From NCBI GenBank assembly GCA_050251875.1, contig JBFWMA010000003.1, positions 200,436-264,435 on the forward strand: a stretch of DNA of 64,000 bases, given 5' to 3'. The position numbers and the translations under genes were made by a program. Origin of the DNA: Deferribacterales bacterium. Its GTDB lineage: Bacteria; Chrysiogenota; Deferribacteres; Deferribacterales; Geovibrionaceae. This document shows, in pieces, positions 1-10,428 of the stretch. The notes below the pieces were generated by a model that ran no database searches, was not told where the DNA came from, and was given only the letters and a program-made list of their open reading frames with translations. The stretch's first letter is position 1, and every line of letters starts with the position of its first letter.

Positions 1-1
1 T

Positions 2-133
2 ATCATAACACTGCACGCTCTGAAGGTGAAAAACCTCGGCGTTCCCGCTCAGGCATCCGGAGCCATGACAGGGTTCATGATTAACGCCAATACAATAGAA
101 AAAACATCCGTAACAGTGAGATATGGAAGATAA
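2..133 (+). CDS. YbhB/YbcL (PEBP/Raf kinase inhibitor-like) family protein, 3' end only
   Basis: Frame 2 reads IITLHALKVKNLGVPAQASGAMTGFMINANTIEKTSVTVRYGR*, resembling the YbcL C-terminus; it precedes an AraC gene as in ybcL-ybcM. Not in the ORF track. Confidence 0.75.
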   Translation: MITLHALKVKNLGVPAQASGAMTGFMINANTIEKTSVTVRYGR

Positions 134-947
134 CAGCAGAAAGCCGGAAAGAATGATAGCGTTCAGACAGGGGCTGGGAGCGGCAGGCGAGATTTATCAG
201 AACTGCCAGCAGCCCCTGCGGCATGTTGTGATAGATAATCCCTGTATGATCGTGGTGAAGCACGGGATAAAGCATTTTGACAACGCTTCCGGTCGTCTGG
301 TTATGAATCAGGGAGACGCCGTGGCTGTGTGGCGGGACACATGGTATGACGTCACGAATTTTAACGGCGCTGACGGATATTACTCGGCTGAGTGGGTCAG
401 CTTTGACAGAGATATGGTAAAAGATTTCGCCGCTAAGGCGAAAAACCGCAGGACAATGGAGGCGGTGAATATCAAAAAAATTTCCGGCGGGCTGAAGCTG
501 GCATTTGATGAGATGTTCAGTCTGCTGAAAGATCAGGCGGATATCCCCGCGGAGATAGCGAGGCACCGTATGGAAGAACTGCTGATCTGGCTGGATATGG
601 GCGGATATTTCGCCTGTGTCAGAGACGATGTAAATCTTCCGTGGAATCTCAGGCAGACGATCTCCGGCGATCCTGCGAACAGATGGGACTGTGGCAGTCT
701 GGCGAAATCTGTAGGCATGAGCGAGTCCACGCTGAGACGCAGGCTGGCGGAATATAACACTACCATAGCGGATGTGGTGACGGACGTTCGGATGTCGTAC
801 GCTCTCAATATGATTCAGTCCACCGACTTCAGCATAACGAGGATATCTGCTGAATGCGGGTATGAGTCACCGTCCAGATTCGCTGTCAGGTTTAAGGAGA
901 GGTTCGGCTTTTCCCCTTCGTCAGTCAGACGTGGAAATCCCGCCTAG
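123..947 (+). CDS. AraC-family transcriptional regulator (YbcM-like)
   Basis: C-terminal double HTH: LAKSVGMSESTLRRRL...ISAECGYESPSRFAVRFKERFGFSP. Confidence 0.9.
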   Translation: MEDNSRKPERMIAFRQGLGAAGEIYQNCQQPLRHVVIDNPCMIVVKHGIKHFDNASGRLVMNQGDAVAVWRDTWYDVTNFNGADGYYSAEWVSFDRDMVKDFAAKAKNRRTMEAVNIKKISGGLKLAFDEMFSLLKDQADIPAEIARHRMEELLIWLDMGGYFACVRDDVNLPWNLRQTISGDPANRWDCGSLAKSVGMSESTLRRRLAEYNTTIADVVTDVRMSYALNMIQSTDFSITRISAECGYESPSRFAVRFKERFGFSPSSVRRGNPA

Positions 948-1871
948 GGCTGATGCTATCATTTCGGGCGTGATGCTTTTCATACAGCGGAAATGTCCCT
1001 CAGGACAGGCGTCCAGTCCGTGGACATGGCAGGGACGGCAGGTCAGGTCATTATTTTCCACAACTTTTACCCCGCTGAATTCAGGATAAAAACCAAAATG
1101 TTTCGTGGTGCTGCCGAATATCGCCACCGTGGGTCTGTTCAGCGCCACGGCTATGTGCATGGGTCCCGAGTCCGTGGTTATCACCGCCTCGCATGACGCT
1201 ATGGTGTCGAAAAGCTCCCTGATGGATGTCTTGCCCGTCTTGTCTATGGCTCCGGTCACATCAGGCGCTTTGCCGTCTCCGGCGAAAACGGGAGTATACC
1301 CTTTCTGAACCAGAAGCTCCGCCAGTTCCTTTATAAACGGATAGGTCTTTGTGGTTTTGCTGGCGAAGGGATGTATCAGTATGTGTCTTTTCTCCGGTGC
1401 TTTATCGGAGAAGAGCGCGGGACGGAGTTCTTCCACATCGGGCATTTCCAGCCCGAAGGTTTTTGCGAGAGGCTCGAAATATTTCAGAGTGACGTGCATG
1501 CCCAGTCTGGGTGTATCTTTTCTGCTTTTCACATATTTTCGTCTGGCGGATGAATCCTTGACGTATCTGTGATATTGGGCGGGAGAGGTGAACCTCAGCA
1601 GCATGGAGAGGGGCTTTGAGTGCAGGTCGATTATGTGGTCGTATTCGTCCAGCTCGTTCTGTATCAGCCCGAAATATGATTTCAGTCCAGATGACTTGTC
1701 ATAGCAGTAGACTTTGTTTACAAAATCCAGCCCATCGAAAACATCACGGAAACGGCAGTATGTAAGAACATCCGCCTGGGCTTGCGGAAAAATCTCTTTG
1801 AATTTTTTTATAACGCCTGTCGTCAGGATGATATCGCCCAGCGCGCTGAAGCGCACGAAGAGTAATTTCAT
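921..1871 (-). CDS. Glycosyltransferase family 9 (LPS heptosyltransferase-like)
   Basis: RFSALGDIIL, DLH and TTDSGPMHIAVA motifs; C-terminal CRPC..HG...C...HF.CM. Confidence 0.9.
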   Translation of the reverse strand: MKLLFVRFSALGDIILTTGVIKKFKEIFPQAQADVLTYCRFRDVFDGLDFVNKVYCYDKSSGLKSYFGLIQNELDEYDHIIDLHSKPLSMLLRFTSPAQYHRYVKDSSARRKYVKSRKDTPRLGMHVTLKYFEPLAKTFGLEMPDVEELRPALFSDKAPEKRHILIHPFASKTTKTYPFIKELAELLVQKGYTPVFAGDGKAPDVTGAIDKTGKTSIRELFDTIASCEAVITTDSGPMHIAVALNRPTVAIFGSTTKHFGFYPEFSGVKVVENNDLTCRPCHVHGLDACPEGHFRCMKSITPEMIASALGGISTSD

Positions 1872-2906
1872 CTAATCAGCCTTAACGGTTTCATATCTGC
1901 CGGGCGCCACACGTTTTTCTTCTCTGTCCAGCAGCTTGATAACATCTTCGGAGGATATTTCCAGCATACATTTGAAGTGTTTTTTCGGGCATTTTTTATG
2001 ACCGTGCAGTCCGCAGGGACGGCAGGAGAGTCCTTCCACCTCTGCCACACGACTCTCTTCGTCATAGGGGGTGAAGCCAAGATTTTTCACCGTGGGACCG
2101 AATATTGCAACGCATCTCACTCCGGCGGCAACGGCTATGTGCATGGGTCCGGAGTCGTTTGTCACCAGCAGGCTGAAGCAGGATATCAGAGCGGGGAGCT
2201 CCTTCAGCGATGTCTTGCCGCAGAGATTGATGTGCTGGTGTTTAGCCGATTGAATAAGTCTTTCGGCGGCGGGTACGTCATCCGGCGATCCTATTATCAC
2301 GGGGGTGTACCCCTTCTCTTTCAGGTGGTCTGCCACCTCGGCAAACCTTTCAGCGGGCCACATCTTGGTCGCCCAGACGCTTCCGGGGGCTATGCCCACC
2401 AGCTTTTCGCCCAGAGAGGCGAAACGTTCTTTTGCCTGCTGATCTATATATACCGCCAGAGGAAATTTTTCGGGAAGCTCCTGAAACGCCGCCTCGTAAA
2501 GAAGCATGTTTCTCTGAACCTCGTGCAGATCCATGTCACGGGCACGGGTGGCGGTGAGCAGTGTGGACATCGCCCCCTCCACGAAACCAATGCGGACAGG
2601 GATTTTTGCCAGAAAGATAGTGAGATTTGTGCGGATGGATTTATGAGGCGCTATAACCATATCGAAGTTTTTTTCTTTCAGAGTATCGGCGAAGCGGAAC
2701 ATACCGCCTATGCCGGCGTCTTTACCCCTTTTGTCGAAGGCGATCACTTCGTCTAAAAACGACAGCCCCTGAAAGAGAGGCACATATTCCGGGCGCACGC
2801 AGAATGCGATGTAAGCATCCGGATGTTTTTTTCTCACTGCCTGAATCAGAGGAGTGGTAAGCACGCTGTCGCCGAGAAAAGAGGGGTTAAATATCAGTAT
2901 TCTCAT
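1872..2906 (-). CDS. waaF: LPS heptosyltransferase II (GT9)
   Basis: PSFLGDSVL, APGSVWATKMWP and TNDSGPMHIA motifs. Confidence 0.8.
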   Translation of the reverse strand: MRILIFNPSFLGDSVLTTPLIQAVRKKHPDAYIAFCVRPEYVPLFQGLSFLDEVIAFDKRGKDAGIGGMFRFADTLKEKNFDMVIAPHKSIRTNLTIFLAKIPVRIGFVEGAMSTLLTATRARDMDLHEVQRNMLLYEAAFQELPEKFPLAVYIDQQAKERFASLGEKLVGIAPGSVWATKMWPAERFAEVADHLKEKGYTPVIIGSPDDVPAAERLIQSAKHQHINLCGKTSLKELPALISCFSLLVTNDSGPMHIAVAAGVRCVAIFGPTVKNLGFTPYDEESRVAEVEGLSCRPCGLHGHKKCPKKHFKCMLEISSEDVIKLLDREEKRVAPGRYETVKAD

Positions 2907-2933
2907 GTTCTTCCTGTCTGTGGTTTTTTATGA

Positions 2934-2962
2934 AATATACAGGCGGAGTGGTTTTTTATCAA
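2934..2962 (-). promoter_or_regulatory. Sigma70-type promoter of the heptosyltransferase operon
   Basis: TTGATA-N17-TATATT on the minus strand; AGGAAG precedes the ATG at 2906. Confidence 0.55.
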
Positions 2963-2978
2963 TAGGTACATGGAGGCG

Positions 2979-3010
2979 AAAAAAAAGCCCCGCCTTTTGA
3001 CAGACGGGGC
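2979..3010 (-). terminator. Rho-independent terminator of the surface-protein gene
   Basis: GCCCCGTCT/AGGCGGGGC stem followed by a T run on the minus strand. Confidence 0.8.
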
Positions 3011-3036
3011 CATGGGGACTTATGTTGCTAACAGGA

Positions 3037-6000
3037 TCAGAATCTGTAAACAGCGGAGAGTGAAATCACTTTACCGCCCAGATCAACCCTGTCATCAGAA
3101 CCGTCTATGTGTGTTACGTCCTGTTTGTTGTAAAGATATCTGGCTGAAGCAGTCATAGCGCATACTGCGGAGAAGGGTACTGTGTAGCCTATCTCTGCGA
3201 AGTATCCCAGTGTGGAGGCGCTGTCTGAGCCGTCTTCCAGATCAACATAGTTATAGTACATTCCGCCGCCGGCTGAAACTGACAGGTTTTTGAATATTTC
3301 ATATTCAAGCCCCAGTTCAGCGCCTTTTGTGTCGGCGGTTATTTCGTTTTCGCCTTCCAGAGCGTTGTATTGCAGAGCTCCGACAGCGGAGAGTCCGCCG
3401 ACTATTGATTTGGAGGCTTTAACGAAAACGTTGTATCCGCCGTCCATGTCTTTAGCGTTGGGGATAAAATATCCTGCTCCGGCAGAAACGGAAATTCCGT
3501 CCTGTGCGCTGGCTGTTGCCGCTGTGAGTGTTATCAGGGCAGCTACTGCCATTTTTTTAGCGGAGAACTTCTTTCTGAAGAGCGCAGCGAACATTCCTGC
3601 CAGTACGAGGATCAGGAGCGCGTCTGTGCTGTTTCCGGCCGCTGAACATCCGCCGCCGCCGTGAGCGCCGAAGATGCCTGTGTCGGTTGATCCGCCGCCT
3701 GAGTCGCCGGAACCGCCGTCTTTAGAAAGAGTCAGCTCGGAGAAGTGGTTGATTGTTACCACATACACGTTCTCTGTCGAGTCATAGTACCAGTAGCCGT
3801 CAGCGTTTGTGCTTGTGCCGCCGTATGCTACCTCGTCCAGCCTGTTTCCGCTGAGGAATATGCTCACTTCGCCGTTTTCGTATGTCAGCTCGTTGGCGCT
3901 GAGCCATACTGTCAGGGGAGAAGAGAGAGTGTGTATAACGTTGCCTACGCCGGCTCCGTTGGAGATGAACATGGTAACGTCAAAGTTGGCTGTGTTGTTT
4001 GTAATCTCCTGAGCCTGAACAAGCAGACCTATGTCTGATGAGTCAACGGGGTTTCCGTTTTCGTCCTCGGCATCGGGGAAGTTGTCCATGTCTTTAAATA
4101 TAAGGTAAGAGTCGCCGTTATCAATTTTTACCTCAGATACTGTGGTGTTGTTGATAACATTGCCCACGTTAACCTGAGCCACTGTGTTGACTGTGACGGT
4201 TTCACCTGAGCCGTTTGTTTTCTGAATGTTCAGCCCTGTCTGAACGTGCGCGGGATAGTTGTCTGTCAGAGCGTTCACAGAGTTGAGTATCTGTGTGGAT
4301 ACCGCTGTGGCGTTTTCTGTATCCAGATCGTCAGAGGGAATGTCTGTGCCTGTGGTTCCGTTGATTACGTCCAGAACGGATGCGGGGCTGGCAACTGAGA
4401 AGCTGTATTCATCGGACGGTGTACCTATTCCTGTGGATGACAGGGGTGTCACTGTCCATGTGTATGTTCCCTGAGGGAAAGCGATGGGGCATACCCACTC
4501 ATAGTTCGCTCCGGCATCTGTGGATGTCAGCGCAGTGAGCTCAAGCTCCCAGTTGGGGATGTCCACGTTTCCTGTTACGTTGATTCTGTATTTTGTCGCT
4601 CCGGTAACCACGCTCCACTTGAATGTGACATTCGATGTGGCGAGTGATGCTGACTCAGCGGGCAGAAGAGGTGTGGACTGTCCGAGAGTCACGTTTACGG
4701 AGGAGTTTTCTACTTTTGTTGTGACAGTGTAGTTCAGCGCTGTGGGTGAAACCACAGGCACGTTAAAGGAGTCGGAGTAGATTGAGGCATGCTGGGGAGC
4801 AGCCTTAACCTGAATCTGACATGTGCCGGCGGCAGCTATTGTGCGCTCTGAACATGTGTCTGAAACAATGACAAAGGGGTTGGCGAGAATGTTGTTCTCT
4901 GCCGTTGTGCCGAAAGTGACGCTTGATCCGCTGACGTTTGTCAGGGTGACGGTTTTTGTTTCTGTCTGTCCGGCTGTCAGGTTATATGTCAGCGTCTGTG
5001 ATGAGAATGTCACAGGGTTGCTCACCGCTGTCACTGTGAAAGTGGCATTGTTTGTGGCGCTGGGGTTGCCTGCGTCTGTCACTGTCAGCGTGATGGTGTC
5101 TTCAGTGCCGTTGGGAGCTGAAGCGGGTATTGTCACAGACACGGGAACGTCTGCGTATTCCATAGCGTTCAGCGTGACACTGGATGATCCGAGAGAATTG
5201 GTCCATGTGTTTGCGCTGGATGCTGTTATGTTGAATGTAGCGGAGGAAGAACCGAGGTTCTGCACTCTGGCTGTGGTGTTGATAATCTGTCCGGGGACAC
5301 CTGATTCGCTGGCGGGTGCGAAGATCTGGGCGATACCGCCGGGGCTGAATGTTTCATAGGCTATGATGGTCCATGTGGCGCCTGCCGCCAGAGAGGCTTT
5401 GTTCCACTGGAGTGAGTAACCGGCGTCCACATATGTGGGGTCTGTGGAGTCTTCAAGCAGACCGTTCACCATCTGGTCGTTGTTATCGTCAAAGTTTCCG
5501 CCGAAATAATGAGATGCTGGAGTTGCGGGGTGCGCCATGAAGCTCATGTATGCTGTATCTGTCACGTTTGAGTTTGTCAGATATACCATTTTCGCGCTGT
5601 TGCTGTAAAACGAGTTGGATGAGTCATCGTACCCGTAGTATGTATCGCCGCCATGAAAGAATTTAAGCGATGACTTAGCGGATGAAGAGAGGTTTTTTAT
5701 CTCCCATTTCTTTTCATAGTATCTGTTGCCGTCCACATATGTGATGTAGGAGGTAATCTGAATATCGCCGCCGAAAGCGGTGGCGACAGATTTAAGAGTT
5801 GTGTTGTTGACTATCTCTACTGATACGGGGGTGATGTCGCCGTCGCAGCTTCCTGTGAGGTAGCTTGAGCATTAAGATGTTCCGCCGATGTGGAGTACGT
5901 TGAGGAAGCTGGCTTCATCATAATACTGATAGTAGTATCCGGGTCCGCCGCCCAGAGATGTCATGTAGAGCGACACGGAAGGTGTGCCGTCATCGGCCAG

Positions 6001-6192
6001 AGCTACTATCAGCGGGCTGCCTTTCAGTGCCACCCAGTTGAGAGAGCTGTCAAGTTCAGCGCCAACGCTATTGGCTATGCCGGCGCCTGTCAGCGCGCCG
6101 AGCGAGCTGTAGGTTGTGTTCGCAGCGTTTGCCGGGAAGGATCCGATAAGGATCATCATCAGCAAAGCTAATGTCCTGATAAATCTGAACAT
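3037..6192 (-). pseudogene. Large secreted multi-Ig-like surface protein with internal CTERM sorting signal and C-terminal outer-membrane beta-barrel; interrupted by one in-frame TAA at 5872-5874
   Basis: ORFs 5872..6192 (signal peptide, GGAGG RBS) and 3037..5736 share one frame, and the 45 intervening codons (CSSYLTGSCDGDITPVSVEIV...) are open, giving 1051 codons. Thr/Ser/Val-rich beta domains, GGGGC-TM-RKK, terminal YRF. Confidence 0.7.
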
Positions 6193-6256
6193 AATATCCT
6201 CCGAATAGAATTAAATATAGGTTCCCGCATAATGATAATATATTTCTATGTCTATT

Positions 6257-6281
6257 AAAATACCCACACTATGGGTATTTT
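6257..6281. promoter_or_regulatory. Perfect inverted repeat, candidate operator
   Basis: AAAATACCCA-N5-TGGGTATTTT between divergent genes. Confidence 0.5.
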
Positions 6282-6387
6282 TTCCGAACTGAGAGTGGTT
6301 TTTCCTATCGAAAATAGTTTTGATAAAAACTAATATGTTCTGTAACAGCCATTTAATATAGTATTTAAATTTTTTTTCTTGAAACGC

Positions 6388-6416
6388 TTGCTATAAGCAA
6401 GGTTGTCTGCTATTTT
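6388..6416 (+). promoter_or_regulatory. Promoter of the pheA operon (leaderless geometry)
   Basis: TTGCTA-N17-(TGc)TATTTT, 7 nt before ATG 6424; no SD. Confidence 0.5.
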
Positions 6417-6423
6417 TCTACCT

Positions 6424-7494
6424 ATGGAAGAATTAGACAAACACAGACATAACATTGACGATATCGACCAGAAAATACTGGAGCTGCTGAACAAAAGGGC
6501 GAAAGAGGCCATGTCCATAGGCGAGATAAAGAAAGCCGCCGGAGAGCCTCTGTATGTTCCCTCCCGTGAGAAGAAGATTTTTGAGAGACTCACCGGGATG
6601 AACTCGGGTCCTTTTCCCAATGACGCTCTGCGCTCGGTCTACCGTGAGATAATCTCCGCCTCTCTGTCTCTGGAGGAAGTACAGAAGGTAGGATACTTCG
6701 GTCCTGAGGGCACATTTACAAACATGGCGGCTATAAAACAGTTCGGGCTTTCTGCCACACTTGTCCCCGTGAGAAATATCCCCGAGGTATTCGACAGCGT
6801 GGAGAGAGGCAGGCTGGCTTTCGGCGTGGTTCCTGTGGAGAACTCGCTGGAAGGCGTGGTTAACCACACTCTGGACACGTTCACCACCAGCAATCTTAAG
6901 ATATGCGGTGAGATTTATCTGGAGATCAGCCACAACCTGATGAGTAAGACAGGAAAGATGGACGGTATCAAAGAGATATACAGCCACTATCAGGCGCTGG
7001 GTCAGTGCCGTAAATGGCTGGCGCAGAACTGTCCCGATATCCCTGTTCACGAGATAGACTCCACAGCCAAGGCGGCGGAGCTGGCGGCAAAGGACGAAAC
7101 CATCGCCGCTATATCCGGCGAGGCGGCACAGCTGAAATACGGTCTGCGTGTGGTGGAAAAGAGCATCGAGGACAACCCCAATAACTTCACCCGTTTCCTG
7201 CTGATAGGCAGTTACGAACCGCTGCCCACAGGCAACGACAAGACATCCATAGTATTCTCTGTGGCGCACAGGGCGGGGTCTCTGTATGAGGCGCTCTCTG
7301 TCCTTGCCAAAGAGAACATAAATATGACAAAAATAGAATCCAGACCTTCGAGACAAAAGGCGTGGGAATACGTCTTTTTTGTTGACGTGGAAGGCCACAT
7401 AGCGGATAACAAAATAAAAACCGCAATAGATGGTCTGAGCGAACATACGGCATTTTTAAAAGTGCTCGGCTCATACCCCAAGGGGGAAAAATGA
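6424..7494 (+). CDS. pheA: Chorismate mutase/prephenate dehydratase
   Basis: N-terminal CM domain; GPEGTF, PVENSLEG, NFTRF and IESRP motifs; ATG at 6424. Confidence 0.95.
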   Translation: MEELDKHRHNIDDIDQKILELLNKRAKEAMSIGEIKKAAGEPLYVPSREKKIFERLTGMNSGPFPNDALRSVYREIISASLSLEEVQKVGYFGPEGTFTNMAAIKQFGLSATLVPVRNIPEVFDSVERGRLAFGVVPVENSLEGVVNHTLDTFTTSNLKICGEIYLEISHNLMSKTGKMDGIKEIYSHYQALGQCRKWLAQNCPDIPVHEIDSTAKAAELAAKDETIAAISGEAAQLKYGLRVVEKSIEDNPNNFTRFLLIGSYEPLPTGNDKTSIVFSVAHRAGSLYEALSVLAKENINMTKIESRPSRQKAWEYVFFVDVEGHIADNKIKTAIDGLSEHTAFLKVLGSYPKGEK

Positions 7495-8588
7495 CAGATT
7501 ACAAAAAACTTGCGGGGCAGGCAATTTGTGACATCGTGCCCTACAAACCCGGCAAGCCGGTAAAAGAGCTCGAAAGAGAGCTCGGAATCAAAGAGGCTGT
7601 TAAACTCGCCTCAAACGAAAACCCTTTCGGTCCTTCGCCTAAGGTGAAGACCGCCATCAAAGATTTCTTTCCCGAGATATCACGCTATCCCTTCGGAGAC
7701 GCTCACTATCTCCGCACAAAACTGGCTGCAAAGCTGGAAGTTCCCGCTGACATGCTGCTTTTCGGAACAGGATCAAACGAGATAATCGAGCTCGCCATCC
7801 GTACATTTCTGAAAGACGGCGAACATGTAATCAGCCCCGCTCCTTCATTCTCCGTTTATTCTTCCATAGCTCAGGCGGCGGGCAAAACATGCAAATGGAT
7901 TCCGTGCAATGAGGATTTCTCATTCAATTTCAAGGCTCTGCTGGACGCGGTGGACGAGAAGACCAGAATGATCTTCATCGCCAACCCGAACAACCCCACC
8001 GGCGCCTATACAAAAGATAAAGACCTGAAAGCGTTCATGGAAAAAGTTCCTTCAGATGTTATCGTGGTTATGGACGAGGCTTATGTTGAGTTCGCTGACG
8101 CCAAGGATTTTCCCGATACCATGACATATCTGGACAAGTTCAAGAACATTTTCATCATGAGAACCTTCTCCAAAGCATACGGACTCGCCGCTCTGCGTGT
8201 GGGCTACTGTGTGGCGGACGCAATGGCTATCGACATGATGAACCGTGTGCGCCAGCCCTTCAACACCAACATGGCGGGACAGGTCGCCGCTGAAGCCGCT
8301 CTGGAAGATCAGGCATATCTTCAGAAGGTTGTCAGAAAGAACAAGAAAGGCAGAAACTACATCCAGAAAGAATTCAAGAAAATGGGACTTAAATATATTC
8401 CCTCACAGTCCAACTTCGTATTGGTAGAAGTGGGCGACGGCGAGAAAGTATTTAACGAACTGCTGAAAAAAGGCGTTATCGTGCGTTACCTCGGACCGGG
8501 ACTGAAACCCTATGTCAGAGTGTCCGTGGGAACAATGAGCGAAAACGAGTTTTTCATCGAACAGCTTAAAAAAGTTCTGGGAAAATAA
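7491..8588 (+). CDS. hisC: Histidinol-phosphate/aromatic aminotransferase
   Basis: KLASNENP, NPNNPTG, DEAY and RTFSKAYGLAALRVGY motifs. Confidence 0.95.
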   Translation: MTDYKKLAGQAICDIVPYKPGKPVKELERELGIKEAVKLASNENPFGPSPKVKTAIKDFFPEISRYPFGDAHYLRTKLAAKLEVPADMLLFGTGSNEIIELAIRTFLKDGEHVISPAPSFSVYSSIAQAAGKTCKWIPCNEDFSFNFKALLDAVDEKTRMIFIANPNNPTGAYTKDKDLKAFMEKVPSDVIVVMDEAYVEFADAKDFPDTMTYLDKFKNIFIMRTFSKAYGLAALRVGYCVADAMAIDMMNRVRQPFNTNMAGQVAAEAALEDQAYLQKVVRKNKKGRNYIQKEFKKMGLKYIPSQSNFVLVEVGDGEKVFNELLKKGVIVRYLGPGLKPYVRVSVGTMSENEFFIEQLKKVLGK

Positions 8589-9607
8589 TGATAATCGTAT
8601 TTAAACCGGGCGCAGCCCAGACCGACATAGAATACGTTCAGAAGAAGCTGACGGAGTTCGGCTTCAAAACAAACGTGTCCGACAACAACGGTCGGGTTAT
8701 CATGGGCGCCATCGGCGATGACAGGGCTCTGAGAGAAAAACCTCTGTTCACCATGCCGGGTGTGGAAAAGGTAGTGCCTATTTCCAAGCCTTATAAGCTG
8801 GTGAGCAAGGATTTCAAACGAACAGAAACAGTTCTGGACATCAAAGGAATAAAGATCGGCGGCGGAAACGTTGTCGTGATGGCGGGTCCCTGTTCCGTGG
8901 AGAACAGAGACATGCTCTTCTATCTGGCGGAGCGCACAAGCAAAGCCGGAGCAAAAATTCTCCGTGGAGGCGCTTTCAAGCCGAGAACATCTCCCTATGC
9001 CTTTCAGGGGCTGGGAGAAGAAGGGCTGAAATATCTGCGTGAGGCGGCGGACGCCCACGGCATGCTCGTCATAACCGAGCTGATGGATGTCAGGGATATG
9101 GATCTGATCTGTAAATACACCGACATCATCCAGATAGGCGCCAGAAACATGCAGAATTTTCGTCTGCTGAAAGATCTGGGAACGGTCAGAATCCCCGTGA
9201 TGCTGAAAAGGGGGCTGTCTGCCACCATGAAGGAACTCCTCATGGCGGCTGAGTATGTCGCCGCCGGAGGCAATAACGAGATTATCCTCTGCGAGAGGGG
9301 CATCAGAACCTTCGAAACCGAAACCAGAAACACGCTTGATCTGTCGGCTATTCCCGTGCTGAAAAGCATGAGCCATCTGCCCGTAGTGGCTGACCCCAGC
9401 CACGGCACAGGACGCAGGGACTGTATCCTGCCCATGTCTCAGGCGGCTGTGGCGGCGGGGGCGGACGGGATCATGGTAGAGGTGCATAACTGTCCCGAAG
9501 AGGCGCTGAGCGACGGCGACCAATCGATACTTCCGGATGATTTTGACGTTCTGATGAAACGTCTGGACATAATAGCAAATACCATAGGAAGAACACTTAA
9601 TATCTGA
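8588..9607 (+). CDS. aroF: DAHP synthase type I-beta with N-terminal ACT-like domain
   Basis: AGPCSVE, KPRTSPY, QIGARNMQN and DPSHGTG motifs. Confidence 0.95.
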   Translation: MIIVFKPGAAQTDIEYVQKKLTEFGFKTNVSDNNGRVIMGAIGDDRALREKPLFTMPGVEKVVPISKPYKLVSKDFKRTETVLDIKGIKIGGGNVVVMAGPCSVENRDMLFYLAERTSKAGAKILRGGAFKPRTSPYAFQGLGEEGLKYLREAADAHGMLVITELMDVRDMDLICKYTDIIQIGARNMQNFRLLKDLGTVRIPVMLKRGLSATMKELLMAAEYVAAGGNNEIILCERGIRTFETETRNTLDLSAIPVLKSMSHLPVVADPSHGTGRRDCILPMSQAAVAAGADGIMVEVHNCPEEALSDGDQSILPDDFDVLMKRLDIIANTIGRTLNI

Positions 9608-10428
9608 TGAAGATAACAAAAATAGCATTTGCGGGGCTGGGGCTCATCGGCGGGTCCCTCGCCCTGTCTTTTGCGGAAAAGAACATCAAACTAATTGCCT
9701 ATGACAAGAACCCCGAATCTCTTGCGAAGGCCGCTGAAACGGGGCTTTTTGAATATCTGACCGATGACGCTGAAACACTCCTGACCCTGGATTTCGACCT
9801 TTTGTATATCTGCCTGCCCGTGGCTTATGCCGTGGAGTTTATAGATATGCTGAAGGAGAAGGGATACAAAGGAGCCGTGACGGACGGCGGCAGTACCAAG
9901 ACGGGCATAGTGAAAGCCGCTCAGGGGCTGAACTTTTGCGGCGGACACCCCATAGCGGGGAAAGAGGTATCCGGGTTTACCCACGCTCAGGCGGGGCTTT
10001 TCTCCGGAGCGTACCATATCCTGACTCCTGTTGAGGGAGGATTCGACCCGGCGCCTTTAAAAGAACTGCACGAGATGATCGGCATGCGTGTGTGTGTTAT
10101 GGACGCTGAGAGCCACGACAGGATTTTCGGGCTGATAAGCCACCTGCCCCATATCACTGCGTTTGCTCTGGTGCAGACTGTCTTTCACATAGACAGCGCC
10201 GCTCTGGAATACACAGGAGGCGGATTCAGGGATTTCACCCGTATAGCCGCCAGCGATAGTGTCATGTGGGCGGATATATTTACCGGAAACAGCGAAAACA
10301 TGCTGAAAATGATAGACGAATACATTCTTTCGCTCAATGAGTGGAAGTCAGCCATAAATAATAAAGATACCGATGCTTTACGCAGTATGATCGACAAGGC
10401 CGCAGGCATCAGGAGAGCTCTGAAATGA
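9607..10428 (+). CDS. tyrA: Prephenate/arogenate dehydrogenase
   Basis: GLGLIGGS, GGHPIAG, SHLPH and GGFRDFTRIA motifs. Confidence 0.93.
   Translation: MKITKIAFAGLGLIGGSLALSFAEKNIKLIAYDKNPESLAKAAETGLFEYLTDDAETLLTLDFDLLYICLPVAYAVEFIDMLKEKGYKGAVTDGGSTKTGIVKAAQGLNFCGGHPIAGKEVSGFTHAQAGLFSGAYHILTPVEGGFDPAPLKELHEMIGMRVCVMDAESHDRIFGLISHLPHITAFALVQTVFHIDSAALEYTGGGFRDFTRIAASDSVMWADIFTGNSENMLKMIDEYILSLNEWKSAINNKDTDALRSMIDKAAGIRRALK

Noticed and set aside
1149..2156. Near-identical 24-mer in the two GT9 genes
   Set aside because: It encodes the conserved DSGPMHIA motif of paralogues and is not a DNA repeat element.
2920..2959. Direct repeat GTGGTTTTTTAT, twice, around the waaF promoter
   Set aside because: Low complexity and only two copies; could be an operator but has no further support.
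5872..5874. Sec or Pyl recoding of the internal stop
   Set aside because: The codon is TAA, which is used as a normal stop throughout the window.
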